Source: an uncultured Gammaproteobacteria bacterium (GTDB lineage: Bacteria; Patescibacteriota; Microgenomatia; Levybacterales; GWA1-39-11). From it: a stretch of DNA of 64,000 bases. Both the position numbers and the translations under genes were made by a program. The stretch's first letter is position 1; the number at the start of each line of letters is the position of its first letter. Location: assembly GCA_964425075.1 (NCBI GenBank), contig CAYRKM010000001.1, positions 523,060 through 587,059 on the forward strand, in the 5' to 3' direction. Below the pieces are notes generated by a model. It did not search any database. It had not been told where the DNA came from and worked only from the letters and a program-made list of their open reading frames with translations. Below, piece after piece: positions 36,868 to 47,339 of this stretch.

Positions 36868-38840
36868 AGTGAATAATTGACGGTTACATCATGTAATATT
36901 GGTGAAATCAAAATATCTGATGTTGAAAAAATTGCTTTATATTTAAAACATTGGCTTGGATTTATGTAATTTCCATTTGAAATATAGGGAATTATTCCTG
37001 AAATTGACGTTTCGTTACCTGTAAAGTAGGTGCCAGACGTTCCATCTGGACCAACAAATGAATAATTTGCGCCACTACAGCTACCACTAACTGCATTTGC
37101 TACTGCGACTTGCATTTGGATATTGGTATCGTCAGGTTTGGTTACTGTTGCGCTAAATCTATTGAACGCACTTGAAAGAAGGGCATCATATGGGGCAGAG
37201 GTGAAGGTTCCATTTACTGAAAATTGCCCCCCCGGTCCACCTTCAATGATTTTTAACTCTGCAGTTGCGTCTCCTGTAACAATATAAGAATAGGCATCTC
37301 CATCTGCCTCAAGGACAGAGGACACACCTTTTACTCCCGTATCTATTTGAAGGCCCCCACACCTTGATGGACTTGCCTCATTTGAAATATCAATAACCTG
37401 ATATTCTTCTCCACCAGTTCCTACTAGAATTGCTTTATTTCCGGGAACAACGGAAATTCCCAATGGACTCATTCCATTTGCTTCATAGCTCCCAACAATC
37501 GGTCTGTTTCCGGTTTTTGTAGAAGTATTTATAATAAAGAATTCTCTTTTTGACGCATCAGCACTAGTTGCAAGATAGGCACGAGTTCCAGTTGAATTCA
37601 CATGAACTTCCTTTCCTCCAGCACTATTTACATCGGCAGTTCCCACCTCTCTTAAGTCATCGGGATTACTTACATCAACTATTGAAAGTTCCTTAAAAGA
37701 ATTTCCATCAACAGCAATGTACGCATAATTTCCGCTCACCCACATTTTTTTTGCGGTACCAAAAATTGTGATAAGTAAGCTATCTCTTATTGGTCGACTT
37801 CCCGTTTTACTTGAAAGGTCAAAGGCATACAGAACATTTCCGGTAGTAAGATACCCAACGTTACCAACTACAAATATTCCATTTCCTGACTGGTTAAAAG
37901 GAGGGTTCATATATCCCGCTTCAGAATATGGATTGGTTGATAAATCAACAATAACTCCTTCTTTAGAGTTAGTATCAGTCGCAAGATAAGCATAATTTGC
38001 ATCTCCAAATACAGCATTTGTTTTATAGCTGTTAAATGTTCCACTTACAGTTGCTGCTGGCGGATCTGTATTGGCAACAGTGACATTTGCAAAAGAAACA
38101 CCAGAAGCATTATCTCCAGTTCCTGCAAAAACCCTACCTTCAATAGCGCTCACTGCATTAGCAACACCGCTTTTTGGAAGGTCAAGTGCTGTAATAGATA
38201 GATTTGGGTCACACCAATTTCCTCCTCCTCCAGCGCCAAGAATAATTTCACCATCATCAACAATACTGCTTCCATTTGTTGATGTGACAACCGTTGAAGA
38301 TTGTGTACCAGCATTAAAATGGGTTTGGGTAGTGTGTTCGTATGCAGCATTTTCGTGTCTAGTAATATAACTGGTGCTAGTAACCGATGAAGGATATGGA
38401 TTTTCCCAAGAAAGTGTGACAAGAACCTTTTTTGTAGAAGGGTCCAATATTTCTGATCCTCCAGGATTTTGAACAATAGTACCGCTAGAATTTCTGTATA
38501 CATTTTGAATGTCAATTGTTCGCGTATACTGGCTATCAAGTAGTTCGCTTCCAGAAGTAAGTGCCCAAGTATTTCCAGATATTGTAGGGTGATAAGTTCC
38601 ATTTGTTGAAACATTGCTCCAATTTTCCTTGATTACTCTTATTGCCTCTTCCCCCTCTCGAAGGTAACCAACTGCTTTTAAGCGTTGAACTGCTTGGTCA
38701 CGTCCATCGCGGGATGCTACGAGACTTGTTAGGAGTGGAGGAAGAATAACAGCCGCAAGTCCAATAGCCAGCAAAAGTTCAACCAAAGACTGGCCGCGCT
38801 GAGATAAGATATTTTTTTTGAATCTATTCAATAGCCCCAT
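36864..38840 (-). CDS. Large (658 aa) prepilin-type protein: pseudopilin N-terminus fused to a big beta-rich, probably repeat/propeller-like, domain; candidate pilus tip adhesin
   Basis: N-terminal RGQSLVELLLAIGLAAVILPPLL prepilin motif. The remainder is Gly/Thr/Ser/Asn-rich with recurrent hydrophobic-x-hydrophobic beta-strand patterns. Confidence 0.5.
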   Translation of the reverse strand: MGLLNRFKKNILSQRGQSLVELLLAIGLAAVILPPLLTSLVASRDGRDQAVQRLKAVGYLREGEEAIRVIKENWSNVSTNGTYHPTISGNTWALTSGSELLDSQYTRTIDIQNVYRNSSGTIVQNPGGSEILDPSTKKVLVTLSWENPYPSSVTSTSYITRHENAAYEHTTQTHFNAGTQSSTVVTSTNGSSIVDDGEIILGAGGGGNWCDPNLSITALDLPKSGVANAVSAIEGRVFAGTGDNASGVSFANVTVANTDPPAATVSGTFNSYKTNAVFGDANYAYLATDTNSKEGVIVDLSTNPYSEAGYMNPPFNQSGNGIFVVGNVGYLTTGNVLYAFDLSSKTGSRPIRDSLLITIFGTAKKMWVSGNYAYIAVDGNSFKELSIVDVSNPDDLREVGTADVNSAGGKEVHVNSTGTRAYLATSADASKREFFIINTSTKTGNRPIVGSYEANGMSPLGISVVPGNKAILVGTGGEEYQVIDISNEASPSRCGGLQIDTGVKGVSSVLEADGDAYSYIVTGDATAELKIIEGGPGGQFSVNGTFTSAPYDALLSSAFNRFSATVTKPDDTNIQMQVAVANAVSGSCSGANYSFVGPDGTSGTYFTGNETSISGIIPYISNGNYINPSQCFKYKAIFSTSDILISPILHDVTVNYSL

Positions 38841-39324
38841 ATGGATTTATTTCAAGAGTTATTGAATCTCCCTCGAAATTATTGATAGTCAAACTATTTT
38901 GTCCATTTATAAAGTTAAGTACTTCACCGCTTCCTCGCGTAAATACCACTTGAGTACTTGGTAAAGTCACATTTGAAAAACTAAAATTTTCAGGCAATTC
39001 AATTTCTGCATTTGCCGGATCATTTGGATTGTAGGAAGATCCTTTGAAAAGGGTATAGCTATTTGTTTCAAAATGTACTCCATATTCTCCAGGGGAAGAA
39101 GTGTTTTGAGCGCTTAAGGACATTGATTTTGTTTGTTGTGATTTTAAATCTGAAACAAGAATTTTATACACACTCTGAACAGTTTTTGTTTGATGAATTT
39201 TTAGTAAATTCATGGAGATTATTCCCAGAAGGGTTGAGGCTATCGCCATTGTAATTACGATTTCCACAAATGTGAAACCACGAGAAGCAAGGGTAATTTC
39301 TTTAAGGGCAGGTAAGTATTTCAT
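38824..39324 (-). CDS. Pseudopilin (GspH/FimT-like) with prepilin N-terminal domain
   Basis: 166 aa. SRGFTFVEIVITMAIASTLLGI prepilin motif. Confidence 0.6.
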   Translation of the reverse strand: MKYLPALKEITLASRGFTFVEIVITMAIASTLLGIISMNLLKIHQTKTVQSVYKILVSDLKSQQTKSMSLSAQNTSSPGEYGVHFETNSYTLFKGSSYNPNDPANAEIELPENFSFSNVTLPSTQVVFTRGSGEVLNFINGQNSLTINNFEGDSITLEINPYGAIE

Positions 39325-40392
39325 TTAACGCGCTCCGACTTGTCCGATTATGCCGTAGATTGGTGCGATTATTGCAAGCATCATTCCCCCCACCAAAATA
39401 CCAACAACAACTAACATGATAGGTTCTAGCATCTGAGTTACTGTTTTTAACGTTTTTGAGACTTGATAGTCTAAAAATTCTGATGCATCTTGAAGTGAGT
39501 GCTCAAGATTTCCACTTTTTTCGCCAGCTTCAATAATCTTTATCATAAGTGGTGGAAATATTTCTTTTCTATCTTTAAGACCTTGAGAAAAAGTTTTCCC
39601 AGAAGTTATTGTTTCTCTTGCATGAGCTATTGCTTCAGCAATTTTCTTTTGTATCACAATTTCCTCCGCAAGTTCTAGAGCAGAAGTAACTGTGATGCCT
39701 GCGTTAAGAAGAAGATATAGACTATGACTAAGCTGTGTTAGGTCAATTTGTTTTGCCAATGTTGAGAAAGGTGGAATACCAGTTACAAAATGAATAAATT
39801 CCCTCTTACGTGTTTTATATAGATATACAATTCCAGCGGCGAATAACAATACACCTAACCAAAATGGTAAAGCATTTTTTAACATAAAATTAGATACACC
39901 AATTAAAATTTGTGTAGGGAGTGGAAGGTCAGCATTAAGTCTTGAGAATACCTCAGAAATTCTTGGTATAACAAACAATAGCATCATTAGAAGAACAGCC
40001 GTAAAAACTATAAATATTAAGATTGGGTAAATTAATGCAGAACGGATTCTATCCCTGAATTCAATTGATTTTTTAATATTTTCTTTTAAATCAACTAACG
40101 CAACGTCCAGTGTGCCTGCTTCCTCAGACGCTTTAATTATATTTACAGTAACCTTGTCAAATATTCTTGGAAATTTTTCCAACGCTGAATTTAATTGCTT
40201 TCCCTGCGAAACATCGGCCATTATGGATTCCAGCATCTTTTTCTGATTCCCTTTTGAATATTCAAGAAGCGAAGAAATAGTTTCAAGAAGAGGAATGCCA
40301 GCAGAAAACATTGTTGCAAGACTACTTATAAATCCGAGTTTCTCATCATCTGAGATTGAAATATTGGATGAATTTGGATTATGTTTGCTCAT
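39325..40392 (-). CDS. pilC: Type IV pilus inner-membrane platform protein PilC (GspF family)
   Basis: 355 aa. GspF/T2SSF domain features and 3 TM helices. Its start ATG overlaps the pilB stop. Confidence 0.85.
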   Translation of the reverse strand: MSKHNPNSSNISISDDEKLGFISSLATMFSAGIPLLETISSLLEYSKGNQKKMLESIMADVSQGKQLNSALEKFPRIFDKVTVNIIKASEEAGTLDVALVDLKENIKKSIEFRDRIRSALIYPILIFIVFTAVLLMMLLFVIPRISEVFSRLNADLPLPTQILIGVSNFMLKNALPFWLGVLLFAAGIVYLYKTRKREFIHFVTGIPPFSTLAKQIDLTQLSHSLYLLLNAGITVTSALELAEEIVIQKKIAEAIAHARETITSGKTFSQGLKDRKEIFPPLMIKIIEAGEKSGNLEHSLQDASEFLDYQVSKTLKTVTQMLEPIMLVVVGILVGGMMLAIIAPIYGIIGQVGAR

Positions 40393-42089
40393 TAGATTTC
40401 AACTTTCGTAACACGAAGAACCTCTTCGATAGTCGTCATTCCGTTTTTAGCTTTTTCAAGTCCATCATCAAGCATTGTTGTCATTCCCTCACTGATGGCT
40501 GCCTGTGCGATAACATCAGAGTCATTCTTCTTCGTAATAAGGTCTCTTATGGTTTTTGTAACCTCAAGAACTTCAAAAATACCAACTCTTCCGGTGTAAC
40601 CAGTTGCATGGCAGATTTTGCATCCATTTCCCTTAAAAGTATTTATCTCAGTAACATTTCCAAAATGTTTTTGAAGCATAGCGGTTGGAAGGTTTTTGCT
40701 CAAATCGCTCATTAGAAACTTTAGGGGTACTTTGCATGAATCACAAATCCTTCTTACAAGTCTTTGTGCAACTATTACATTAACTGTTGAGGCAACAAGG
40801 AATGGTTCAATTTCCATATCAATAAAACGAGGAAGTGCTGTAGCTGCATCATTTGTGTGAAGGGTTGAGAGAACTAAATGACCAGTAAGCGCAGCATTAA
40901 CTGCAATTTCTGCGGTTTCTGTATCTCTAATTTCTCCAACGAAGACAATATTTGGATCTTGTCTTAGAATAGAACGAAGACCACTCGCAAAGGTTAATTT
41001 TGTTTTTACATTTACCTGAATTTGGTTCACGCCCTTAATTCGATACTCAACTGGATCTTCGATTGTTGTAATGTTTTTCTCTCTGGTGTTAAGAATTTTC
41101 AAAATGGCATAAATTGACGTGGTTTTTCCAGAACCTGTAGGACCCGTTGAAAGTATCATTCCATAACTTTTATTAAAAGCGGTTGTTACTTTTTTCAGAT
41201 CAACTTCATTCATCCCAAGGTCAAGAAGCGAAAACTTTCTAAAATGGGAAGCGAGAAGTCTTAGGACTGCCTTTTCTCCTTCAACAATGGGGACGATAGA
41301 CACACGAATATCAAGATCTTCTTCTTCATATTTCATTCTCATCTTTCCGTCTTGTGGTGCATAATGCTCGTCAGTTCTAAGACTTGAAAGCACTTTTATT
41401 CTATTGATGACTTCAGAATGATAATGTTTGGGTAAAAATAAAATATCATGAAGAATTCCATCAAGCCTAAATCTTACAAGAGAGCGGTTTTCCTCAGGCT
41501 CTATGTGAACATCCGAAGCTTTATCGTGGTATGCATATTCAATAATTGCGTCAACTATTTTTGCAACCGGGGTTTCTTTAAGAAATTTATTTGTTTTAAC
41601 CTCACCTGTTTCATTTACTAGTCCGCTTAATGCAGTTTGTGGATCTTTTTTGTAAACCTGAAGTGCGTTATCAATATCTCTTTCAGTTGCGTAATATTTA
41701 TAAATTTTCTCTCCTGTTTTTTTGGAGATGAATTCGGGAATATCCGTTATGTTAGGATCAGACATCGCAAGCTTTACCCCATCCTGATCCCTCGCAAAAG
41801 CGATAATTTTGTGTGTCCTTGCTACTTTTTCAGGCACTAGTCGGAATACTGTTTCGGGAATATTAATCTTTGAAAGCGCAATAAATGGAAATTTATAATA
41901 GTCAGCAAGCAAAACTCCAATCACCTCATCAGACACTAAATTCTTCTCTATAACAGAATCAAGAAGTGTCGAGTCGGAATTTTTTGCATAAACTTCAACA
42001 GAAGCCAAGTCTTGCTGAGAAATTACATTGGCAGACAAAAGAATTTTTTTAAGATCGCTGTCTGGAATAGTCATTACTTCATCATACAC
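40392..42089 (-). CDS. pilB: Type IV pilus assembly ATPase PilB (GspE family)
   Basis: Walker A LSTGPTGSGKTTS, Asp and His boxes, and C-terminal CxxC zinc motif (CDSC...CKIC). The ORF-track start is GTG. An alternative ATG lies at 42072-42074. Confidence 0.9.
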   Translation of the reverse strand: MYDEVMTIPDSDLKKILLSANVISQQDLASVEVYAKNSDSTLLDSVIEKNLVSDEVIGVLLADYYKFPFIALSKINIPETVFRLVPEKVARTHKIIAFARDQDGVKLAMSDPNITDIPEFISKKTGEKIYKYYATERDIDNALQVYKKDPQTALSGLVNETGEVKTNKFLKETPVAKIVDAIIEYAYHDKASDVHIEPEENRSLVRFRLDGILHDILFLPKHYHSEVINRIKVLSSLRTDEHYAPQDGKMRMKYEEEDLDIRVSIVPIVEGEKAVLRLLASHFRKFSLLDLGMNEVDLKKVTTAFNKSYGMILSTGPTGSGKTTSIYAILKILNTREKNITTIEDPVEYRIKGVNQIQVNVKTKLTFASGLRSILRQDPNIVFVGEIRDTETAEIAVNAALTGHLVLSTLHTNDAATALPRFIDMEIEPFLVASTVNVIVAQRLVRRICDSCKVPLKFLMSDLSKNLPTAMLQKHFGNVTEINTFKGNGCKICHATGYTGRVGIFEVLEVTKTIRDLITKKNDSDVIAQAAISEGMTTMLDDGLEKAKNGMTTIEEVLRVTKVEI

Positions 42090-42124
42090 TTTTTATAAAA
42101 AACCATTCAAGCTTGCAGCACAAA

Positions 42125-42153
42125 TTGTGGAAGGTTCGGTTCGTTGGTATAAT
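42125..42153 (+). promoter_or_regulatory. Promoter for serS, TTGTGG-17 nt-TATAAT, ending 6 nt before ATG 42160 (predicted leaderless)
   Basis: -35 at 42125-42130 and -10 at 42148-42153. ATGs at 42154 and 42160. Lies inside the 5' end of pilB on the opposite strand. Confidence 0.45.
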
Positions 42154-42159
42154 ATGCCT

Positions 42160-43395
42160 ATGATTGATCTAAACTATCTTCGAGAAAATCCTGACAAAGT
42201 AAGAGAAGGAGCACTGAGTAAGGGGGTTCAAGTAGATACAACTACTATTCTTGAACTTGATACTCATTTCCGACAACTTACAACGGAGGTTCAGAGCCTA
42301 CAAGCACAGAGAAATGTTGCTGCAAAGGAACGTGACGTTGAAAAAGGAAAAGAGATAAAGGCAAAGCTTGATGGCTTAGAGGATGAATTAGCCCAAGTCC
42401 AAGACAGCCTGCAAGAGCTTCTTCTTCAAATTCCAGCAATTCCAAAGAAGGACGTTAAAATAGGTAAAAATGAGAGTGAAAATGAAGTAGTCAGAACTGA
42501 GGGAAAAATTCCTGAATTTGCATTTAAAGCAAAGGATCATTTAGAGCTTGGTCAACTTTTGGATATTATAGATGTTGATAGAGCAGCAAAGGTAAGTGGA
42601 GCTCGTTTTGCATATCTTAAAAATGAAGGAGCAATGCTTGAATTTGCCCTTATTCAATATGCTTTTCATAAATTAATTGAAAAAGGATTTACCCCGATTA
42701 TTCCACCCTCAATAATAAATAAAGACATTATGCGCGCAATGGGTTATATGGAAAAGGGTGGGGATGAGGACATGTTTCAATTAACTGACGACGGAAAAAT
42801 TCTTGTCGGTACAGCTGAACAAAGCATAGTTCCCATGCATAAGGACGAAGTGCTTGATAGTAAAAGATTTCCTTTAAGATATGTAGGGTTTTCTTCCTCT
42901 TTTAGACGTGAGGCTGGAAGCTACGGAAAAGACACCCGAGGAATCCTTCGAGTTCATCAATTTGATAAGGTAGAAATGGTTTCTTTTGTTGCAAAAGACG
43001 CTGATGATGAGGAGCATTCATACCTTCTTTCTGTGGAGGAAGAATTATTTAACGACCTAATGATTCCCTACCAAGTTATAAGAATGTGTACTGGGGATTT
43101 GGGTTTTCCAGTTTCAAGAAAATTTGATATAGAAGCTTGGATTCCAACTCAAGGAAAATATCGTGAAGTTACATCAACTTCAACAACCACAGACTTTCAA
43201 GCTAGGAGACTAAATATTAAATATAGAGACGGAGATGAAAAGGACTATGCAAATATTCTAAACGGAACGGCTTTTGCGATTGGACGCACAATTGTTGCAA
43301 TTATTGAAAATAATCAGCAAGAAGATGGAAGTGTCATAGTTCCTGAGGTGTTAAGAAAATATACTGGTTTTGACAAGATAACCCCAAAGAGTTAA
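42160..43395 (+). CDS. serS: Serine--tRNA ligase
   Basis: The ORF-track start at 42028 is TTG and overlaps pilB. ATG at 42160 gives MIDLNYLRENPDKV (canonical SerS start). Class II motifs are present (FRREAGS, GTAFAIGR). Confidence 0.9.
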   Translation: MIDLNYLRENPDKVREGALSKGVQVDTTTILELDTHFRQLTTEVQSLQAQRNVAAKERDVEKGKEIKAKLDGLEDELAQVQDSLQELLLQIPAIPKKDVKIGKNESENEVVRTEGKIPEFAFKAKDHLELGQLLDIIDVDRAAKVSGARFAYLKNEGAMLEFALIQYAFHKLIEKGFTPIIPPSIINKDIMRAMGYMEKGGDEDMFQLTDDGKILVGTAEQSIVPMHKDEVLDSKRFPLRYVGFSSSFRREAGSYGKDTRGILRVHQFDKVEMVSFVAKDADDEEHSYLLSVEEELFNDLMIPYQVIRMCTGDLGFPVSRKFDIEAWIPTQGKYREVTSTSTTTDFQARRLNIKYRDGDEKDYANILNGTAFAIGRTIVAIIENNQQEDGSVIVPEVLRKYTGFDKITPKS

Positions 43396-43480
43396 TATTC
43401 TTCTTTGTCAGATTAATAGATTAAGTGACAAATTTATGTTAAAATAATACGCTAAAGTTAAGTTCAATTCATTTATTCCC

Positions 43481-46192
43481 ATGCTTAATTTCATCACCAA
43501 AATATTTGACTCAAACGACAAAGAAGTTCAACGATTAGCTCCATTAGTTGAAGAAATAAATCTTCTTGAGGCAAAATTTCAAAAACTCAAAGACGCAGAT
43601 TTTCCTAAAAAAACCCAAGAGCTTAAAGATAGAGCAAAATCGGGCCAAAATATTTATCTTCTTCTTCCTGAAGCATTTGCATTGGTAAGAGAGGCTGCTA
43701 AAAGAACAATTGGACAGCGGCATTATGATGTGCAGTTGATATCAGGAATTGCACTTGCACAAGGGAAAGTCTCAGAGCAGAAAACAGGTGAGGGAAAAAC
43801 TTTATCCGCAACTCCTGCTTTGTATTTACATGCGCTTACTGGAAAATCTGTGCATCTAGTAACTGTAAATGATTATCTTGCACGAAGGGACGCTGGATGG
43901 ATGGGAGATGTATTTTCTTTCCTGGGCTTAAGTACTGCAGTAATTATTAATGATGCTTCCTATATATATGACAAAGAACATAACGAGCCAAATGTTGTTG
44001 ATTACCGATTGGTTCATCTCAAGCCAGTTTCTCGAAAAGAAGCATATCAGGCAGATATTTTATATGGTATTAATTCTGAATTTGGGTTTGATTATCTTCG
44101 TGACAATATGGCTCGCTCCAAAGAGGAGTTAGTACAGAGAGAGCATTATTATGCAATTATTGATGAGGTAGATTCTGTACTTATTGATGAAGCCCGCACG
44201 CCTCATATTATCTCAGCACCTGATGCAACCCCTTCTACAAAATATTATGAATACGCTGGTCTTATCGAGAAGCTTACTGCAATTGACTACAAAATTGATG
44301 AAAAAAGAAGAATCGCGCATCTTACGGACCACGGGATTGGAAAAATTGAGTCGATGTTTGGAGTAAAGGATATTTATGAAAAAGATTATGATACGGTTTA
44401 TCACATCGAGGCAGCTCTTAAGGCAAAACTTTTATATCAGAAAAATAAAGATTATATAGTACGTGACGGGCAGGTAATTTTGGTTGATGAATTTACGGGT
44501 AGGCTTCTTGAAGGGCGTCGACTTTCAGAAGGTTTACATCAGGCAATTGAAGCAAAGGAAGGGGTTTCAATTCAGCAGGAGTCAAAGACATTAGCAACTG
44601 TTTCTTTACAGAATTATTTTAGAAAATATGAAAAGCTTGCGGGTATGACGGGAACTGCAGCTACTGAGGCAGAAGAGTTTCATAAAATATATAAATTAGA
44701 TGTTATCGATATTCCCCCAAACAAAGAAGTTATAAGAGAGGATGATACCGATCAAATTTATAAAACCCAAAGAGCAAAACTAACTGCAACAGTCAACGAA
44801 ATTGAGGAGGCTTATAAAAAAGGTCAACCGGTTTTGGTTGGTACCACATCAATTGAGCACAATGAATTGGTTTCAGAATATCTTAAACGCCGAAAGATTC
44901 CTCACGAAGTTTTAAATGCTAAAAACCATATGCGCGAAGCTTTAATTATTAAAGATGCGGGTAAGCTTGGGGCTGTGACTGTTGCAACCAATATGGCCGG
45001 ACGTGGAGTTGATATTATTCTAGGAGGTCAACCACCCTCTGAATTTGAAACACAATATCAGGGAAAAGCAGGCCAGAAACAATTTGGAAAAGAGATGGTT
45101 GCTTGGCAAAAAGAGCATGATGAGGTAGTAAAGCGCGGCGGATTATTGGTAATAGGCACTGAAAAGCACGAGTCGCGAAGAATTGATAACCAGCTCAGAG
45201 GTCGTTCTGGGAGACAGGGAGATCCTGGAAGGTCTGTTTTTATTATTTCTCTAGAGGATGATTTGATGAGAATTTTTGGAGGAGATCAGATTGCAGGTCT
45301 CATGACTCGATTTAATTTTCCTGAGGATCAGCCTTTGACACATGGATTGGTAACGCGAGTTATAACCCAAGCTCAAGTAAAGGTTGAGGGATTTAATTTT
45401 GAAGGGAGAAAATATACGGTTGAATATGACGACGTTTTAAATAGACAAAGAGAAGTAGTTTATGGAATGAGACGAGAGCTTTTGTTAAGTGATGAGGACC
45501 ACGAAAGTTTTGTGTTGGAGAGAGTTGATAGAGCAGTTGACGCTATAGTTGACTCAAGTTTTGATTTTGCCGAGATTGAGGAGCCCGATAAAAATATCAT
45601 TCAAGAATTTGTAAATATTGTTCCATTCGATGAGCATTCACAGAAACATTTGATAGAGCAACTCACAAATTTAAGCGAGAGAGCCGAAAAGAAAGAATTT
45701 TTGAGAAAGATCGCACATGATTTATTTGAAAAAAGGAAAAAAGAGTTTGGTATGGAAGTAATGAACCAGTTGATAAAAGCAGTTGGGCTTCAGGTAATTG
45801 ATAATTTATGGATGGACCATTTGACTGCTATGGAGGATTTACGAATTGGTATGAGGCTTCAGGCATTCTCGCAAAAAGATCCACTTGTTGAATATAAGAA
45901 CCAGGCTTTCTCTTTGTTTGAAAAATTATTAAGCGCAGTAGATGATGGTGTTGTAACTAGAATTTATAAAGTACAAATGGTTACCCAAGCTCCTCCAATC
46001 GATGAGGGCGCAAATGTCACAACCAATCAACCCGAATCAGAAGTTGGAGAAGTAAAAAAAACTGTTAAGAAGTCAAAAAATACCTCTGGTGTTTCAAGCG
46101 GTGAGGAAAAGAAAAAGCTGGGTCGTAATGACCCCTGCTGGTGTGGGAGTGGAAAAAAATGGAAAAAATGTCATTGGCCAAATACTGCTTAA
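43481..46192 (+). CDS. secA: Preprotein translocase ATPase SecA
   Basis: 903 aa. MLNFITKIF start, DEAD-like motor, and C-terminal zinc-binding CWCGSGKKWKKCH. Confidence 0.95.
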   Translation: MLNFITKIFDSNDKEVQRLAPLVEEINLLEAKFQKLKDADFPKKTQELKDRAKSGQNIYLLLPEAFALVREAAKRTIGQRHYDVQLISGIALAQGKVSEQKTGEGKTLSATPALYLHALTGKSVHLVTVNDYLARRDAGWMGDVFSFLGLSTAVIINDASYIYDKEHNEPNVVDYRLVHLKPVSRKEAYQADILYGINSEFGFDYLRDNMARSKEELVQREHYYAIIDEVDSVLIDEARTPHIISAPDATPSTKYYEYAGLIEKLTAIDYKIDEKRRIAHLTDHGIGKIESMFGVKDIYEKDYDTVYHIEAALKAKLLYQKNKDYIVRDGQVILVDEFTGRLLEGRRLSEGLHQAIEAKEGVSIQQESKTLATVSLQNYFRKYEKLAGMTGTAATEAEEFHKIYKLDVIDIPPNKEVIREDDTDQIYKTQRAKLTATVNEIEEAYKKGQPVLVGTTSIEHNELVSEYLKRRKIPHEVLNAKNHMREALIIKDAGKLGAVTVATNMAGRGVDIILGGQPPSEFETQYQGKAGQKQFGKEMVAWQKEHDEVVKRGGLLVIGTEKHESRRIDNQLRGRSGRQGDPGRSVFIISLEDDLMRIFGGDQIAGLMTRFNFPEDQPLTHGLVTRVITQAQVKVEGFNFEGRKYTVEYDDVLNRQREVVYGMRRELLLSDEDHESFVLERVDRAVDAIVDSSFDFAEIEEPDKNIIQEFVNIVPFDEHSQKHLIEQLTNLSERAEKKEFLRKIAHDLFEKRKKEFGMEVMNQLIKAVGLQVIDNLWMDHLTAMEDLRIGMRLQAFSQKDPLVEYKNQAFSLFEKLLSAVDDGVVTRIYKVQMVTQAPPIDEGANVTTNQPESEVGEVKKTVKKSKNTSGVSSGEEKKKLGRNDPCWCGSGKKWKKCHWPNTA

Positions 46193-46202
46193 ATATTTGA
46201 AA

Positions 46203-47114
46203 CTAGTTTTCTTTGAATGGACTTGTTTCAAATGGGGTAAAATCAACGGCGCCTTGGACATTATCTGAAGGATCTAGATCGCCCCACCAGTTATTTTCAG
46301 CATTTACAACAGACGGCCACCCGTTGGACACTTTTATAGGAGTATCGCTGTTGAAATTATTTTCGTTAATTATACTTGTGCCGTTCGGGGCTATAAGTGC
46401 AATTTGTGTACCCGTCGTGTTAAAGACATTTCTCTGAATTAAACCATCAGGTAAGCCAGCGTCAAGAGTGATTCCCGTATCTGAACGTTCATTTGGGCTG
46501 ACTGTACCCATAAATGTATTGTAAAGAAAGTCAACCTTTCCAGAAGACCCTCCTGACTCTCGAACAACATGGGGAGAGTTAGTTCCTTCGAGTACATTAT
46601 TTTGTACTAATGTGTTTTGAGACCCATCTAATTGCAACGCCATCCCTCCTTTTCCGGCTCTTATCCAGTTGTATTGTATAGTTGCGTCGTATGTAGATTC
46701 ATTAACATCTATTTGTACTGTGCTTTCTCCTATCCCATTAACAAAAAATCCTTCAAATACCACATTTTTAGCTGTGATGTATACGGTACCAGGCCAAGCT
46801 GAAGTCTGCCCATTAATAATTGTTTTCTTAGCACCTTTTCCGGAAAGACGAATTGATTTATTTATCAAGACATCTTCATTATAAGTTCCTTTATTGACAC
46901 AAATTGTATCTCCATTACTTGCAGAATTTATAGCTTCTTGAATTGTAGAGTATTGCTTTGGCACATTAATATCACAATTAGGTCTTCTAGGGGGCTCATA
47001 TTCTCTCAGTTTTGCGCCAATTATCATCCGTTTGGCAGCAAACACTGGTAATGGTAAGGTAGAGAATAAAAATAAAAACAGGAGCAATGTACTTATGAGG
47101 GATTTAATTTTCAT
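46203..47114 (-). CDS. Secreted right-handed parallel beta-helix repeat protein (pectate-lyase-fold)
   Basis: The ORF-track start at 47156 is TTG. ATG at 47112-47114 gives signal peptide MKIKSLISTLLLFLFLFSTLPLPVFA. NGDTICVNKGTYNEDVLINKSIRLSG and NNV/NTF repeats are typical of PbH1 beta-helix proteins. Confidence 0.55.
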   Translation of the reverse strand: MKIKSLISTLLLFLFLFSTLPLPVFAAKRMIIGAKLREYEPPRRPNCDINVPKQYSTIQEAINSASNGDTICVNKGTYNEDVLINKSIRLSGKGAKKTIINGQTSAWPGTVYITAKNVVFEGFFVNGIGESTVQIDVNESTYDATIQYNWIRAGKGGMALQLDGSQNTLVQNNVLEGTNSPHVVRESGGSSGKVDFLYNTFMGTVSPNERSDTGITLDAGLPDGLIQRNVFNTTGTQIALIAPNGTSIINENNFNSDTPIKVSNGWPSVVNAENNWWGDLDPSDNVQGAVDFTPFETSPFKEN

Positions 47115-47339
47115 TAATTGTTTATAACATATATTGCAAAAAAGATTAAACTGCAATTTTAATTGTTTCTTTGATAATATCCTTTCTAATTTAAATGGAT
47201 AAGAACAGGGTTGTGTGCTAGCCTATTTGACTAGCAGTTTCCACCAGAGTTGAACGGAGAAAAAATGTCACTGGCCAAACCTCTCTTAAAATTTTTGTCC
47301 GTAGTGTTATTCGGATTTCGTATTTGGTAGTATTAAAGT

